Positions 36,956-48,383 of a stretch of 64,000 nt of DNA are shown here, piece by piece. The translations under genes were made by a program, and so were the position numbers. Numbering within the stretch: the first letter of the stretch is position 1; every line of letters begins with the position of its first letter. The DNA comes from Takakia lepidozioides (Eukaryota > Plantae > Bryophyta), in assembly GCA_030704615.1 (NCBI GenBank), contig CM060731.1:67518001-67582000 (forward strand). The letters are read 5' to 3'. The notes under the pieces were generated by a model. The model was not told the origin of the DNA, searched no databases, and saw only the letters and a list, made by a program, of their open reading frames with translations.

Positions 36956-39242
36956 ACACGTGTTTGCAGTGTTATGTCCAAGCCTCCAGTGTTGTAGTTG
37001 GGAGATTCAACAAGTTTCCAAAAGCTCCATCGCTGTCACTGCTAAACTTAGCATAAAACTATGATAGAAAAAGAAGCCTGGAAGTAAAAGCTAAGTGGCA
37101 CGAGATTCAAGGCTGTCAACCTCTTTTTTGGGAAAGATCGAGGTGATTGAAATGAATAACTTGCAGCTTACAAGAAGTCAAGAAAAGCTCCTCAAGGTAT
37201 TTTTGGAGTCCTCAGCCCTGCATGTGTTAGGTTTTTACTTTGAACCTCAATGTATTCCTCAAGCTGGCGGTTGTGTGTCTCTGAGAGAGTATCCAATGGC
37301 AACTCATGTGATTGTTGAACAAAACCGGCAAGAACATCTGGTACAGTTTACCATCTGATCACTGATGTTTGATTTGCAGCACTTGATAGTTGGAGTGGTT
37401 GTTTGGACTTCCATATCTTCCATTAAGTGAATGTGTATGCTTGCATATGTGCTCTCAAAGAATGGTTCATGAATCGTCGCTTGACTTGAACCATAGACCT
37501 TGTTAAATTTCACTTGTTCATCTAGGTCGTTTAGTAATCCACCTGGAAGAGACGTCCTTCTTATGGTCATTTGAATCTGATCAGTAAAGATAACACTCTA
37601 TTACAGATGCTATTTGATCTGGAAAGAAAGGAATGATTTGGAAGTTTACAGGTTCATGGAAGCTCAAGCCCATGTGGGCCTCTGAAGAAAAGTCAAAGGC
37701 GACAGGGAAGGATGGAAAGGAACAGATTCTGTAGTACGGTCATGGGTTAATTTTCATCAGGTTCTCGACACTGGAATGATTCCTCTCTGGCCTCTTAATG
37801 TCTCAGAGAGGATCATCTGGGAGATGTGCAGGGACTTGCAGAGAGAATGCCTGCGTTTGTCCGAGCTGAAGAATTCGCTTCTGGAAAAGGATACAAAAGA
37901 CCAAATGTAAGTCTGACCACCCAATTGTTGTAGCTGCCATGAGAGGATAACAGGAGATCCAGAGTATACCACAACTTTGGAAATGCAGTCAACAAGGGGT
38001 GGAGTAAATATTTCCACATTAAAGGTCTTCTTTTGTTGTATTGTCAGAAGGTAGCCTGTGGAGTAACTCCAAATTATGTGTGATCTAAATCACACTTGTC
38101 TGCTAACCCATGTTCCCACCATAGCCTAGTCACCACAAACTAATCCTTTAGAGGGCCTTGATAGTGGCGAATTGTGGACCATTTATGATGCCCTAATTTC
38201 TTTGAAGAGCTTCTGCCAACTCTATTTACAGTGAATTTCATTAGAAGCCTTGTGAATGTGATGCTTACTGCCAACATTGGATTAAATCGATACAATTCTG
38301 TTCAAGACGACAAATTCTCTTTGTATGACATGTAGGAAGGAAAAGGTCCTCTCAGAAAGCTGGGGTTGCCTGTGGAGTTTAGAACCATATGGACACCACA
38401 AATTCCCCCACAATTCCGAGATTGTGGAGAGTGGGCAACCTTTTCCCGGCTTCCTACTTGAGGCAATGGTCAACCATTTCGCTGTTACATTCACCTTGTA
38501 GTTGTACAAGCTTTTCCCTTTGACAGGATATTCCCAGAGAGGAATAAGAACAATTTTCCCTTTTTACCTCACAGGTGATGTTTTAGAAGCTCTTTGTGGC
38601 AGTTCAGGTTTGTGGTGTGCTGGTCATGGGTTGTACCTGCTGGGTTCCTGGAGCCTGTATCAAGCAACCTTTGCATTCTAGTAGGGGTGACAGGCAGTAA
38701 TGCTGGTGTGTTTGCTATGTTCTGGGTGAGTATATGTTATGGATTGACACTGGTGGAGATCAGGGGATAGCTGATGGAATGGTATATCATAATTATCATT
38801 TTGTAGAAGTTCATCGGGGCATGCAACATGAATGACAGGTCAGTGTAGTTCCTGTGAGTATTTGTGGATGCCCAACGGTAGTGGGAACCCGAACCAGTAC
38901 CAGACCCCCAGAGGCTGTTCTCTGCACAGTATTGTATATCAAAGAGGGGATATTAGTGAGATAACAAGAGCAGGGGATGTATACATCTGTGCGTGAATTC
39001 CTTGCTTAAATGCCGCACGTCGTCCCTCTTTAGTATTATGCATACTGCCCTCGTGGTAGGTGTGCACTTTTTTGCATTCGTCCTCTGCCGTTGTGCAACT
39101 GAGAACTCAATAAAGCCAGGTCTAAGGGGGTCCCTTTAATTTTCCTCTGAGTAGCTGTTGCAGACCCTGGCTGTGTGTTAGCATCATTTCTGGATTAACA
39201 TATTAGAGACTTCCACAAGATGTAGGTAACTCATTTATATGT

Positions 39243-40651
39243 GGACTGTTCTTTGCTCATTGCTTGACCTGTATACAAGAATTCTAAGCACAGAAGAACT
39301 GTGACCATTCTGACTCCTACTGAGGACTGCTACTCTTAACTTTTCAATAATCTCTCTCCCAGCATTTGCCCTTTTCTCAAGGGGGGTGTGACTTGCAGTG
39401 CAATGACACCCAAATTGTCAACGTCTCAGACAGATTCTAGAGCAGCATTGCTGCAATGCTTATTCAGTAGAATATACTCGCGTTGTCAATTGGCTGTGCA
39501 CGAGCTTGTGGGTTAAGTTTCCATAACCAACAACCGACTCTGGGAGGCTGCCTATTCGGCACACTATGGTAACTTTCTTTTTCTCTGAACTTGATCCATC
39601 CTGAGGTACCCCATAAAAATCTAAGGCTGGATGGAGGCGTGTAAGTGACCAATCCATCTCTCTCTCATTCAATTCAATAAAGGCGAAAGCAGACATATAT
39701 CAAAATTACCAGCAGAGTTATCTGTAAAGTAATCCCGAGTTTGGTGCCCTGTTTGGACCCGAGTTCCGGGTTTCATCCTGAGTTTGAGTTAATCCGTAAA
39801 GTGCAGAAAACTGGGCACGAAGTCAGAAAATTGGGCACCAAATCATAAACTGGGGGGATGAGGGCAACGGCTGCTTCCTCTGCGATTGAGTGTTAGTGTA
39901 GTCCAATTCATCCTCGCAGTCCGCCATAGGTTAACACAAAGTTGCCCCCAAACCCTGTAAACGAAACAACCTGCAGCTGAGAGAAGAAGTCACCAAAGCC
40001 CACCTGAGGACCAGAATGCACGAGTCTGGAAAGAAAGAAAACACCAGCCGCTGGCCACGATTCCCCACCGCGCGCACTCCAATCTGCAAACGAGCACACC
40101 CAAATGGACAAAAACGTGCTCCAACGATGCGCAACCTTCCTCCATAAGCTTGCTATGGCGCAAGCTCGTGAGCTCTGACTCTCTTGGCCTCGATGACAAA
40201 CAAAACACGGCACCAAACTCCTTTCACCCTCTTTTTTTATGGTCCTGGCAGTTTGGTCCCGTGTTTTTTTCTAGTCGTACCGCTTGATCCCGTGTTTTGA
40301 GTTTCATGCCGAGTTTTGGCCAAACTCGGGGTTCTCATGCCGAGTTTGGGACCCTTTACGGATAACTCTACTGAACTCTGTACCTTTCATCAGTTTCCAT
40401 GGAGCTTTCGCCCTTAGGATCGCTCGCAGGAGAGAGAGGCAGAGCGGCCCGCCATCCCCGCACCTTGCGAGAAATGGAAACCAAGTCCGATCACATACAT
40501 GAAAACAGTCCACACTTGTCACATGTACTTTGTCATATATACAGGTATAGGTTTTTGTGTTTTGTGGGAGTAAATGTGGACTGAAACTCCGAGAAAGGCG
40601 AGTGAATGGCAGCTGCTACTTTCCGCCCCGTTATGCAACTATTTCATGCTC
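39243..40651 (-). pseudogene. Direct duplicate of 33061-33858 (5' end of the minus PPR gene), truncated and interrupted by a MITE-like insert
   Basis: 39243-39714 aligns with 33061-33565 and 40369-40651 aligns with ~33568-33858 at high identity. The first-exon copy (ATG 40455) has a 2-bp GA expansion that gives MAGRSASLSCERS*. Confidence 0.85.
39715..40368. mobile_element. MITE-like non-autonomous insertion (~654 bp) with 15-bp terminal inverted repeats
   Basis: Left end gagttatctgtaaag and right end ctttacggataactc (one mismatch), with subterminal ccgagttt(g) repeats. The element is absent from the paralogous site at ~33565. No clean TSD is visible. Confidence 0.75.
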
Positions 40652-40827
40652 CTCCTCTCTCCTCTGCCCACAACTTGGGTGTGCATCAATCTATTACTCG
40701 ACGCCTATCATCCACAATGCAATGGATGGCCAGTCCAAGGAGATTCGTGTTAGACAAGTGGGAATTGTGTTCGTGTATGCGAGGTATCGAGCGCAGACTT
40801 GGTGTTCAATTCTCACAAGGCGCAGGG

Positions 40828-42550
40828 ATGGTAGCTCGCCCTGCCGCTATCCTGCGCGCGAGCCTGAAAGCAAAGCCCCCCAAGCCACCATGGAAACTGA
40901 AGAAAGGTGCAGATTTAGTATGCTGATAATTTTAATAGATGTTGTTTCGGGTTCAGTGAGTGAGAGAGAGATCCAATGGTGACATGCTTGCTTTGCGGCC
41001 TTAGCTTCTCTGGGGTGATAAGAAAAGAATTATGCACAGTATCGCAGAGCCAGTTGTTGGGTTTCCACCAACCGGGGTATAGAAACTCGCAAGATCGTGC
41101 ACAGCCAATTGGCAATGCAATTACAAAGAATTGTGTACGGGTATAATCTACTGAAAAAGCATACAATCCAGAAACGCTACTGTAGAATCCAACAGAGATG
41201 ATGACAATTTGGGTATGATTGCAATGTAAGTCACACCTCCCTTGAAGAAACGGCAAACGCAGATAGAGATTTTATTGAAAGCTTGCACTCGTCTCTACTG
41301 AGGCAGTTGGAAGTTGTCACAGTTCTAATATAGTTGTAGTCCAAGTAATTGGGCGGAGCGAGAACAAGAACAAATCCGTTCTTGTTCTTGTTCTCGCTCC
41401 GCCTAATTACTTGGACAGATAATTGGGCTGCGAGTGGGGTACAAGCGGGGTTGTTCTGCCCTATTCATTATGAGATCGTTCTTGAAGAAAGGGAGGATCT
41501 GACGACCTTCAGAAGCAGGGTTATCGAACCATAGCCTCGCAAGACCAGGCTAAAACCACAAAAGCAACAAAGAACCTTGAAGATGCTAGTCGAACAACAT
41601 GGATCACTGCTTTTGCTGGAATTTCATGACCTAGTGCGTAGTTGTCAATCATCCAAGCAGAATAGAGATGAGGTGGGGGTGTTCTGCCCTATTCATTATG
41701 AGATCTTTTCTTAAAGAAAGTAGGGTTGCTCAGCTTATGGGTGGTTTGAAGACAATATCACCATATTTCAGACATAATCGCACCAACGAGTCCTTTGGCT
41801 TGAGGGCTGCTCTCCATGGGTGAAAGCAGAGGTATATTCCATGATACGGAGTCGAGGACAATCTGGCATCCAGATTATGGTCAAACACACTTGGTGGACA
41901 AAAGTGAATGTCGCCAACAATCCACCTTCTTCAACATCTAGAATTTTTGGTCCAGCACGAGCAGAGAATGACAGAAGAGTCATTCGCAAAAGGTATTGTA
42001 TGCAACATGGGCAAAGTTCTCATGTTCTTGCAGTTCTTGGTTGCAGATCAAGCAACTAGCAATGAACAGCTCTGGCAGGAATTCTTCTTGGACCCTTCAC
42101 AGTGGTGGGACAACAAGCTTGACAAGGTGCAGTCATTTTCATTTTGGAGATGAAGTTTTTTATCAAAGGTGGGCTTCTGGAAGGTGATGGTGTTTTGTGA
42201 TAATGCAGCTCTTTTCACCCAAAGCAACAACTGTGGTCCTTACTTTTCCTGTCATTAGGTGGCCTAAAGCAGATTGTTCAAGGTTGTTCCCAGTCAATTG
42301 GAACGTGCCTGGAGCTTTGGTGGTTGGAGCCTCGTCTATACTGAGCTGCCCACTGGTGCTATTCACAGAGAAGTCCAAGGTCTCCAGACTTCAGACAAAA
42401 GTGCAGAAACAAGATCCGTTGGATTGAGTGTCTGTCAAACCCTCCTTGGGTGAAAGCACAACTGTGTGCCATGATACGAGGTGGATTACAATTTGGTGAT
42501 GGTTCTATTGTCGGTGTAAATGATGCAGCCCCAGGTGGAGAGTGCAAGAG
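40828..42550 (+). other. Upstream exons of the plus-strand PPR paralogue: presequence exon, degraded exons and an intact in-frame PDF-motif exon pair
   Basis: 40828-40906 MVARPAAILRASLKAKPPKPPWKLKK then GT. ~41758-41990 frameshifted SPYFRHNRT/RVLWLEGCSPWVKAEV. 42047-42126 DQATSNEQLWQEFFLDPSQWWDNKLDK then GT. 42369-42550 RSPRSPDFRQKCRNKIRWIECLSNPPWVKAQL...GECK-AG then GT. Acceptor CAG|G-ATG at 42749. Confidence 0.65.
41339..41416. repeat. Near-perfect palindrome: 35-bp stem with 8-nt loop
   Basis: gtccaagtaattgggcggagcgagaacaagaacaa-atccgttc-ttgttcttgttctcgctccgcctaattacttggac; the single mismatch is a G:U pair on the plus strand. Confidence 0.92.
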
Positions 42551-42749
42551 GTATTGTTTTGATGAGTGATGATGTAAGGATTTGAACACAAGCAATTAGG
42601 CTTGTGTAGTGTATTCTCAAATTCAGGTGACTGTGGTCTTCTCTTCTTGGCCCTTAACAAGTAGCAAGAGGCCAATTTGTAATTATTGAAGATACAGTAT
42701 GTGGATTGGCATGTAGAGGTTTGGTACTAAGAGTTTGGAGGTGTCCAGG

Positions 42750-44513
42750 ATGGCAGGGTTGAATCAAGCACAGTTGTTTAAATCAGGCACCTCCACTATG
42801 ACCGCTGCTTTTGAAAGAGGACCAAGGGAGGGAGTGAAAGACAACTTTTCCAGCAGTATAGGAGATGTGAGGACCATATGCAAGGCAGAGAAACTGAAAG
42901 AGGCACTGCACATTTTGAATCAAGGAGGCATTTTGGCAGATTCCGACACTTACGTCTGTCTCTTGCAGGAGTGCATCAAAATTAAAGACCTAGAAACAGG
43001 AAAGCAGCTGCACACTCATATTATCCAAAATGGATTCAAGCCAAACATTCTTCTACTCAATACCCTTGTCAACATGTATGCCAAGTGCGGTAGGGTGGTG
43101 GATGCACGGCAATTGTTTGACAAAATGCCTGAACGAGATGTGTTCACGTGGACTATGATGATGGCAGGATATGCCAAACGTGGGTATGGTAGGGAGGCCT
43201 TTGAGATCTATGAGCTAATGATTTGGGAAGGGGTGACACCCAACGGTGTCACATTCACTTGCGTTCTGAATGCCTGTGCTAGCTTAGGTGCCCTGGAAAA
43301 GGGCAAAATGGTCCATGCTGACATCATTAAAGCGGGAATTGTGCCAGATATTATTCTGGACACTGCCCTTGTGGACATGTATGCAAAATGCAGAAGCTTG
43401 AGTAATGCACGTCAAGTGTTTGACAATATGGCTCAACGAAATGTGGTCTCATGGAGTGCCATGATCACAGGATATGCTCAGCATGGGTGTGGTATGGAAG
43501 CTTTTGAGTTCTATGAAAAAATGCAACAGGAAAGGGTGATGCCTGACAAGGTCACATTCACTTCAATTCTCAATGCTTGTGCCAGCCTAGGATCCCTTGA
43601 AAAGGGGAAGCGCATCCAGGCTGACATCAGAAAATGTGGAATTGTTGTAGATATAATGCTGGAGAACACCCTGATTGACATGCTAACCAAATGCAGGAGC
43701 TTAAAGGATGCACTCAAAGTGTTCAACAATATGGCTGAAAAAGATGTCGTCTCATGGAACACAATGATTGCAGGATATTATCAGCATGGGTATGGTAGGG
43801 AGGCTTTGGAGATGTATGAGCGAATGCTACGGGAAGGGGTTAGACCTGACAAGGTCACGTTCATTTGTGTTCTCAATGCATGTGCCAGCCTGTCAGCCCT
43901 TGAAAAGGGCAGAGAGCTCCATGCTGACATCAGCAAAGCGGGAGTTGTGCCAGATATCATTCTGGGTACTGCCCTTTGTGACATGTATGCCAAATGTGGG
44001 CATATGAACGATGCACATGAAGTGTTTGACCATATGGCCCAGCGCAATGTCTTTTCATGGAGTGTGATGATTGCAGGTCATGCCCAGCATGGGTGTGGTA
44101 GGCAGGCCCTCCAACTATTTGAACAAATGCAGCAGGAAGGCTTGAAGCCAGATGGTATCACATTTATATGCCTTCTCTCTGCATGTGGCCATGTGGGCCT
44201 AGTGGATGAAGGCCGGTACTATTTTAATTCCATGACTAGAGATCATGGCCTCACTCCTACAGTGGAGCATTTTGGCTGCATGGTGGACCTTCTTGGTCGC
44301 GCAGGGCAGTTGGATGAGGCAGAGGACTTCATTAACAAAATGCCCATTGAACCAGGTGCGTCAGTATGGGGGGCTTTGCTTGGTGCCTGCAGAATTCATG
44401 GTGATGTGGAGCTTGGAGAACATGCAGCAAGATGCCTTCTCAAGTGGGATCTAGAACATATTGGAAGCTGTGCTGCTATCGAACATCTATACTGCAGCTG
44501 GCAGGTGGGATGA
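42750..44513 (+). CDS. PLS-class PPR protein, 14 repeats plus E1, truncated by a frameshift at the start of E2; inverted paralogue of 28553-31690
   Basis: Open frame MAGLNQAQLFKSG... with L-S-(P-L-S)x3-P2-L2-S2-E1. The frame is lost after LKWDLEHIGS. Confidence 0.8.
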   Translation: MAGLNQAQLFKSGTSTMTAAFERGPREGVKDNFSSSIGDVRTICKAEKLKEALHILNQGGILADSDTYVCLLQECIKIKDLETGKQLHTHIIQNGFKPNILLLNTLVNMYAKCGRVVDARQLFDKMPERDVFTWTMMMAGYAKRGYGREAFEIYELMIWEGVTPNGVTFTCVLNACASLGALEKGKMVHADIIKAGIVPDIILDTALVDMYAKCRSLSNARQVFDNMAQRNVVSWSAMITGYAQHGCGMEAFEFYEKMQQERVMPDKVTFTSILNACASLGSLEKGKRIQADIRKCGIVVDIMLENTLIDMLTKCRSLKDALKVFNNMAEKDVVSWNTMIAGYYQHGYGREALEMYERMLREGVRPDKVTFICVLNACASLSALEKGRELHADISKAGVVPDIILGTALCDMYAKCGHMNDAHEVFDHMAQRNVFSWSVMIAGHAQHGCGRQALQLFEQMQQEGLKPDGITFICLLSACGHVGLVDEGRYYFNSMTRDHGLTPTVEHFGCMVDLLGRAGQLDEAEDFINKMPIEPGASVWGALLGACRIHGDVELGEHAARCLLKWDLEHIGSCAAIEHLYCSWQVG

Positions 44514-44995
44514 TAAAGCAAGGGTCAGAAAAGTGATGGAGGAACAGTATGTTAGAAAGTAGCCAGGGGGCGCAGCTGCATTGAGGTTGACAACCTGGAC
44601 ACCTTTGTTGTAGAAGACAAATTGCATCCACGAATTGAGGAAATTCATGCTGAGCTAAAGAGATGGTTTCAGCAGGGTATGTGCCAGCAGGAGGCAGGAG
44701 GCAGGAGGCAGGAGGCAGGGTATGTGCCTGCAGGCGCTTTGTATTGCGTGATGCTAAGGATGAGCAAACCGAATTTTCTCTTTGCCACCACAGCAATTAG
44801 CTGGCCATTGCATTTGGGCTGATCCGCACACCCCTGGAATGCCTGGCCGCATGATCAAGAACCTTCGGGTGTGTGCTGTCTGTCACTTAACCACCAAATT
44901 TATTTCAAAGATTGTTTGGCGAGTACTTATTGTACAGGATGCCAACCAAGTTCACCACTTTCAAGATGGGGTTTGTTCTTGTGGGGATTTGGTGA
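44470..44995 (+). pseudogene. Disabled E2/DYW deaminase remnant
   Basis: Fragments in shifting frames: VLLSNIYTAAGRWDD...VRK*PG; SCIEVDN...HPRIEEIHAEL; a (caggagg)x4 expansion; SLCHHSN*LAIAFGLI (catalytic HSEK destroyed); KNLRVCAVCH...HHFQDGVCSCGD with the DYW end frameshifted. Confidence 0.9.
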
Positions 44996-47900
44996 AACAT
45001 AGAAAGGGTGGCACTTCATTTGAGAGGTGGAAAAGTCTGACTTCACTGCTGCTGTTCAATTTGTTCACTTAAATAGTGCACATCACCATGTGCAGCTCAG
45101 AGGAAAACCTTCCCGAAGACTTGTTGACAGGTTCTACGGGAAAGTAGGCACGTTCATTCTTGAGAAACTGACACCAGAAATTAAAATCGGTGCTAAATAA
45201 TAGCTACATGTGTACATGACCTTAGAACACCCTACCCAAGACTATAGATTTGTAAAGACCCATGATCCTATTCACTCAAGGTGGAATTCTAGTATCCTTA
45301 GATGGAACTCCACTTGCAGATACGTTAGGGGTACACTGGACCTGCTTGAAGGTGACGCTTCAGTTTTGTCATCTGATGTGATTTCCTTGGGTCCAGATGA
45401 CATGTTCAAGTATTGGCTAATAGTCCCAGGCGAGGTACATGCACTCAGGCATTATTTGTGTTGCGAGAACTTGAGGAGTGCTTCTATTGTAGAGTGCAAG
45501 TAATAGTGCAGCAAGGATTGCTTGGATTGCAGAATGGGACTATATGCCAATATGTGAAATGGTGCTATATTCTGTGCTATCAGGTTGTAGTCTGTACAAA
45601 CTCCTTGTTTATAATTGTATGCCATTGGTCTTCAATGGTCTTCAATGGATACATATGATATGGTAGCAAATGTAATGCCAATCTTATAACAAACAGTCGG
45701 GAACAAGTAGATTGAATAAACAAAGTCATTTTTTTTTTAATTTTTTTTTTTTGCTGAAAAGGGGATGAAGCCCTTGAGAGTTTTATTGAAGGTTATTGAA
45801 GGGAAACAAAATTGAATCAACGTATGCGGGTTTATTGTGCACATTATCGTGAAGCAAAAAGCTGCCTCTTTTAGCATTTCATTCAATTTCTTCTCAAATC
45901 AATTTGGCCTGTTATCACTAGAGCTGTAGAGGTTGCCTGGGAGTAGTGCTTGTATATCTCCGGCGGAAAGTCACAATGGTTGGCAATGGCCACATGTCTT
46001 GGACCGGGAATGATGAACTCAGCAGCGTGATAGCCTGGAGTCCTCATATGTCTTGGGCACTTCGGGTTCAGTCTCCATGTGTTGCCTTCTTTTAAGATCC
46101 GGTGCGATATGTGGATACTTGACCAGGACGTTTTGTGTGCGGCATAAGGTCCAGCTGAGATTTATGCTTTTTAATGGCACGATAAATAAAATACAAAAAT
46201 GTGAGGTTTTTACATATATCTAAAATCTTAGATATTGTGTAAAGTCCAACTTACATGAGCACAACAAGATTCAGTCCTCCCGCTCCATGATTTACAAAAA
46301 TGGAACCCTTACCACTATGCTACCTACATAACTTCCGACAACCCCTTTAAAAATTTACATCCTCGAAACTGAGCCCTCTTGTGATGCCTTGGTTGATAGA
46401 TTCGATGGAAAAATGCTAGTTGTGCAACATGTCTATAACCCTCCATCAAGTTGTATTTCAGATTGTCAATAATCACCAAGTGGCGGTCTTTGATAAGCAA
46501 AACTGACACTATCCTACAAAGTGGATCAGAGTTTTATGGTATACCATACTTCCCAGCACTCCTATGCTATTATTATGGGTCTCCTTGGGGAAGGCAATAG
46601 TCCTTGGGGGTCAAATGACACCATAATTTACGCTTCGTTCGAGAGGCGTTATGTAGCATTGTCCCCTCCAACATTTTCGCGGCAAGAATGTTGAGTTGTT
46701 TCTTTTGCGGACAATGTTGTGATGGAAGTTGTTGATTCCGGCATGGGGGACACTGGCCTTCCAAATGCAAACAACACCCATTAATTGATTCCTTGAACTT
46801 GAGTGAGATCGCTTTCCTGAATTGTCTAGGAATTGTCTCCCCGCTAATACCTTCATTACACTCTTTCCCTGAGGATTCCACGTCATTTTCATCACCTTCT
46901 TCTACCTCAAACTCCTCATGTTTATGCAAATCATCCCATGACTCTTCCACATTGTAAGTGTGAAATTTGAACTCCCCAAGAAGCTCCTCTTGTACAGCCT
47001 TTTGTACCTCAGATAAGAGGTTGATCACAATTGTCTTTATCATGGGAAGTGGCACTAACCCCCCCAATGATGCAAATACAGCCCCCTCACCTCGGCCATG
47101 TTTTATAGGGGCATTAGGTGGAGATAAATTATGATAATGTTTGTAAAAGCTTAAGCCAATCCTCTTTCAATATAATACCTCTATGGGCACTTGTGACGGG
47201 TACATTTTGATAGTGATTGTACTTGTTGCGCTATAAATATTTGCCCAAATGACTGTGGTGGGAGAGTTCCTGCATATTGAGCTACAAGAGGTGCAACCAA
47301 AGGATGTCTTGCCTTCTGAGTTGCATGCGGTTGAGCTAGAGTCATAGAGGATTCATGAGCTGCAGAATTCGATTTCTGGAGTGGTCAGCCCAATGTGGAC
47401 CTCCAACAATTTGTTTTGAAAATCATACATGGTGGACCTTTCATTGTTTTTGACCCCCTTTTTTTTTGGACAAGCAGCCCATCTTGCCAGCTACAGTTTT
47501 GCTTCAAGGAGACAACCAAGTTGTAGCCTAGTGGTAATGGGCACATACCACCTCAGAAGTGGTTGTGGGTTCAATCGACCGATTGGTGTCACAAAAATGT
47601 TCACCTTCCTACCAGAAGGCAGTAGTCCTTCTGGGTCAAGAGACACCATAATTTACGCTTCCTTCTGTAGGCGTCATATAGTATATTGCGAGTATATTAT
47701 TGCTTCAAGGATGGATGGATTCCATCCACATCCAAGAAATTTACACATCTGGTACAACTCGTTAATAGGCAGTTAAGGCTTAAAAGTGAGGGAAAAAATT
47801 AATCTCTCTAAATTTAAAAAGACCATAAACACTATTACAAGGGTTTTTATTAGGTGCGCATACACCAAGCATTGTGCCATGTAGCCCTTGCTACTCTATC

Positions 47901-48349
47901 CAACCAGACTAGGACCCATTGAAGTTCTTTTTGTACTTGGAGGGTGCAAGTCGATAACAAGAGTGTGAAGGCGACTCGGTTCAAACTTTGCCAGTTTTAT
48001 GCTTTAACCGCCAACCTGACCCAATGATTTGACATGCGCCCATGAACAATATCGCTCCTTCGAAAGCAACGAGAACTCCCAACATTTATGGATACACATA
48101 TGCCATGACTGTCACCCACAACATTCTAACCTACATACTAGGTAAATTTGCTAGCACCAATTATCCATTCAGACATGGTCCCATGACAACAAGGGCCACT
48201 CTTAATGTGTGGTCATTGACGGATCCAACGTAGGTATCAACAATATGTGTGCCTAGGTGGTGCAACGTCGTCAAAAGCTTGACAATGGTCTCTCAATTCC
48301 AGGCATCTTTACAAAGGGCGGCCTTTGAGCACAACTAATGCAAATTCCG

Positions 48350-48350
<1 letters not shown>

Positions 48351-48383
<33 letters not shown>

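Noticed and set aside
37095-38600. Scattered minus-strand ORFs downstream of RAP
   Set aside because: Frequent stops and no family motif recognised, so no call is supported.
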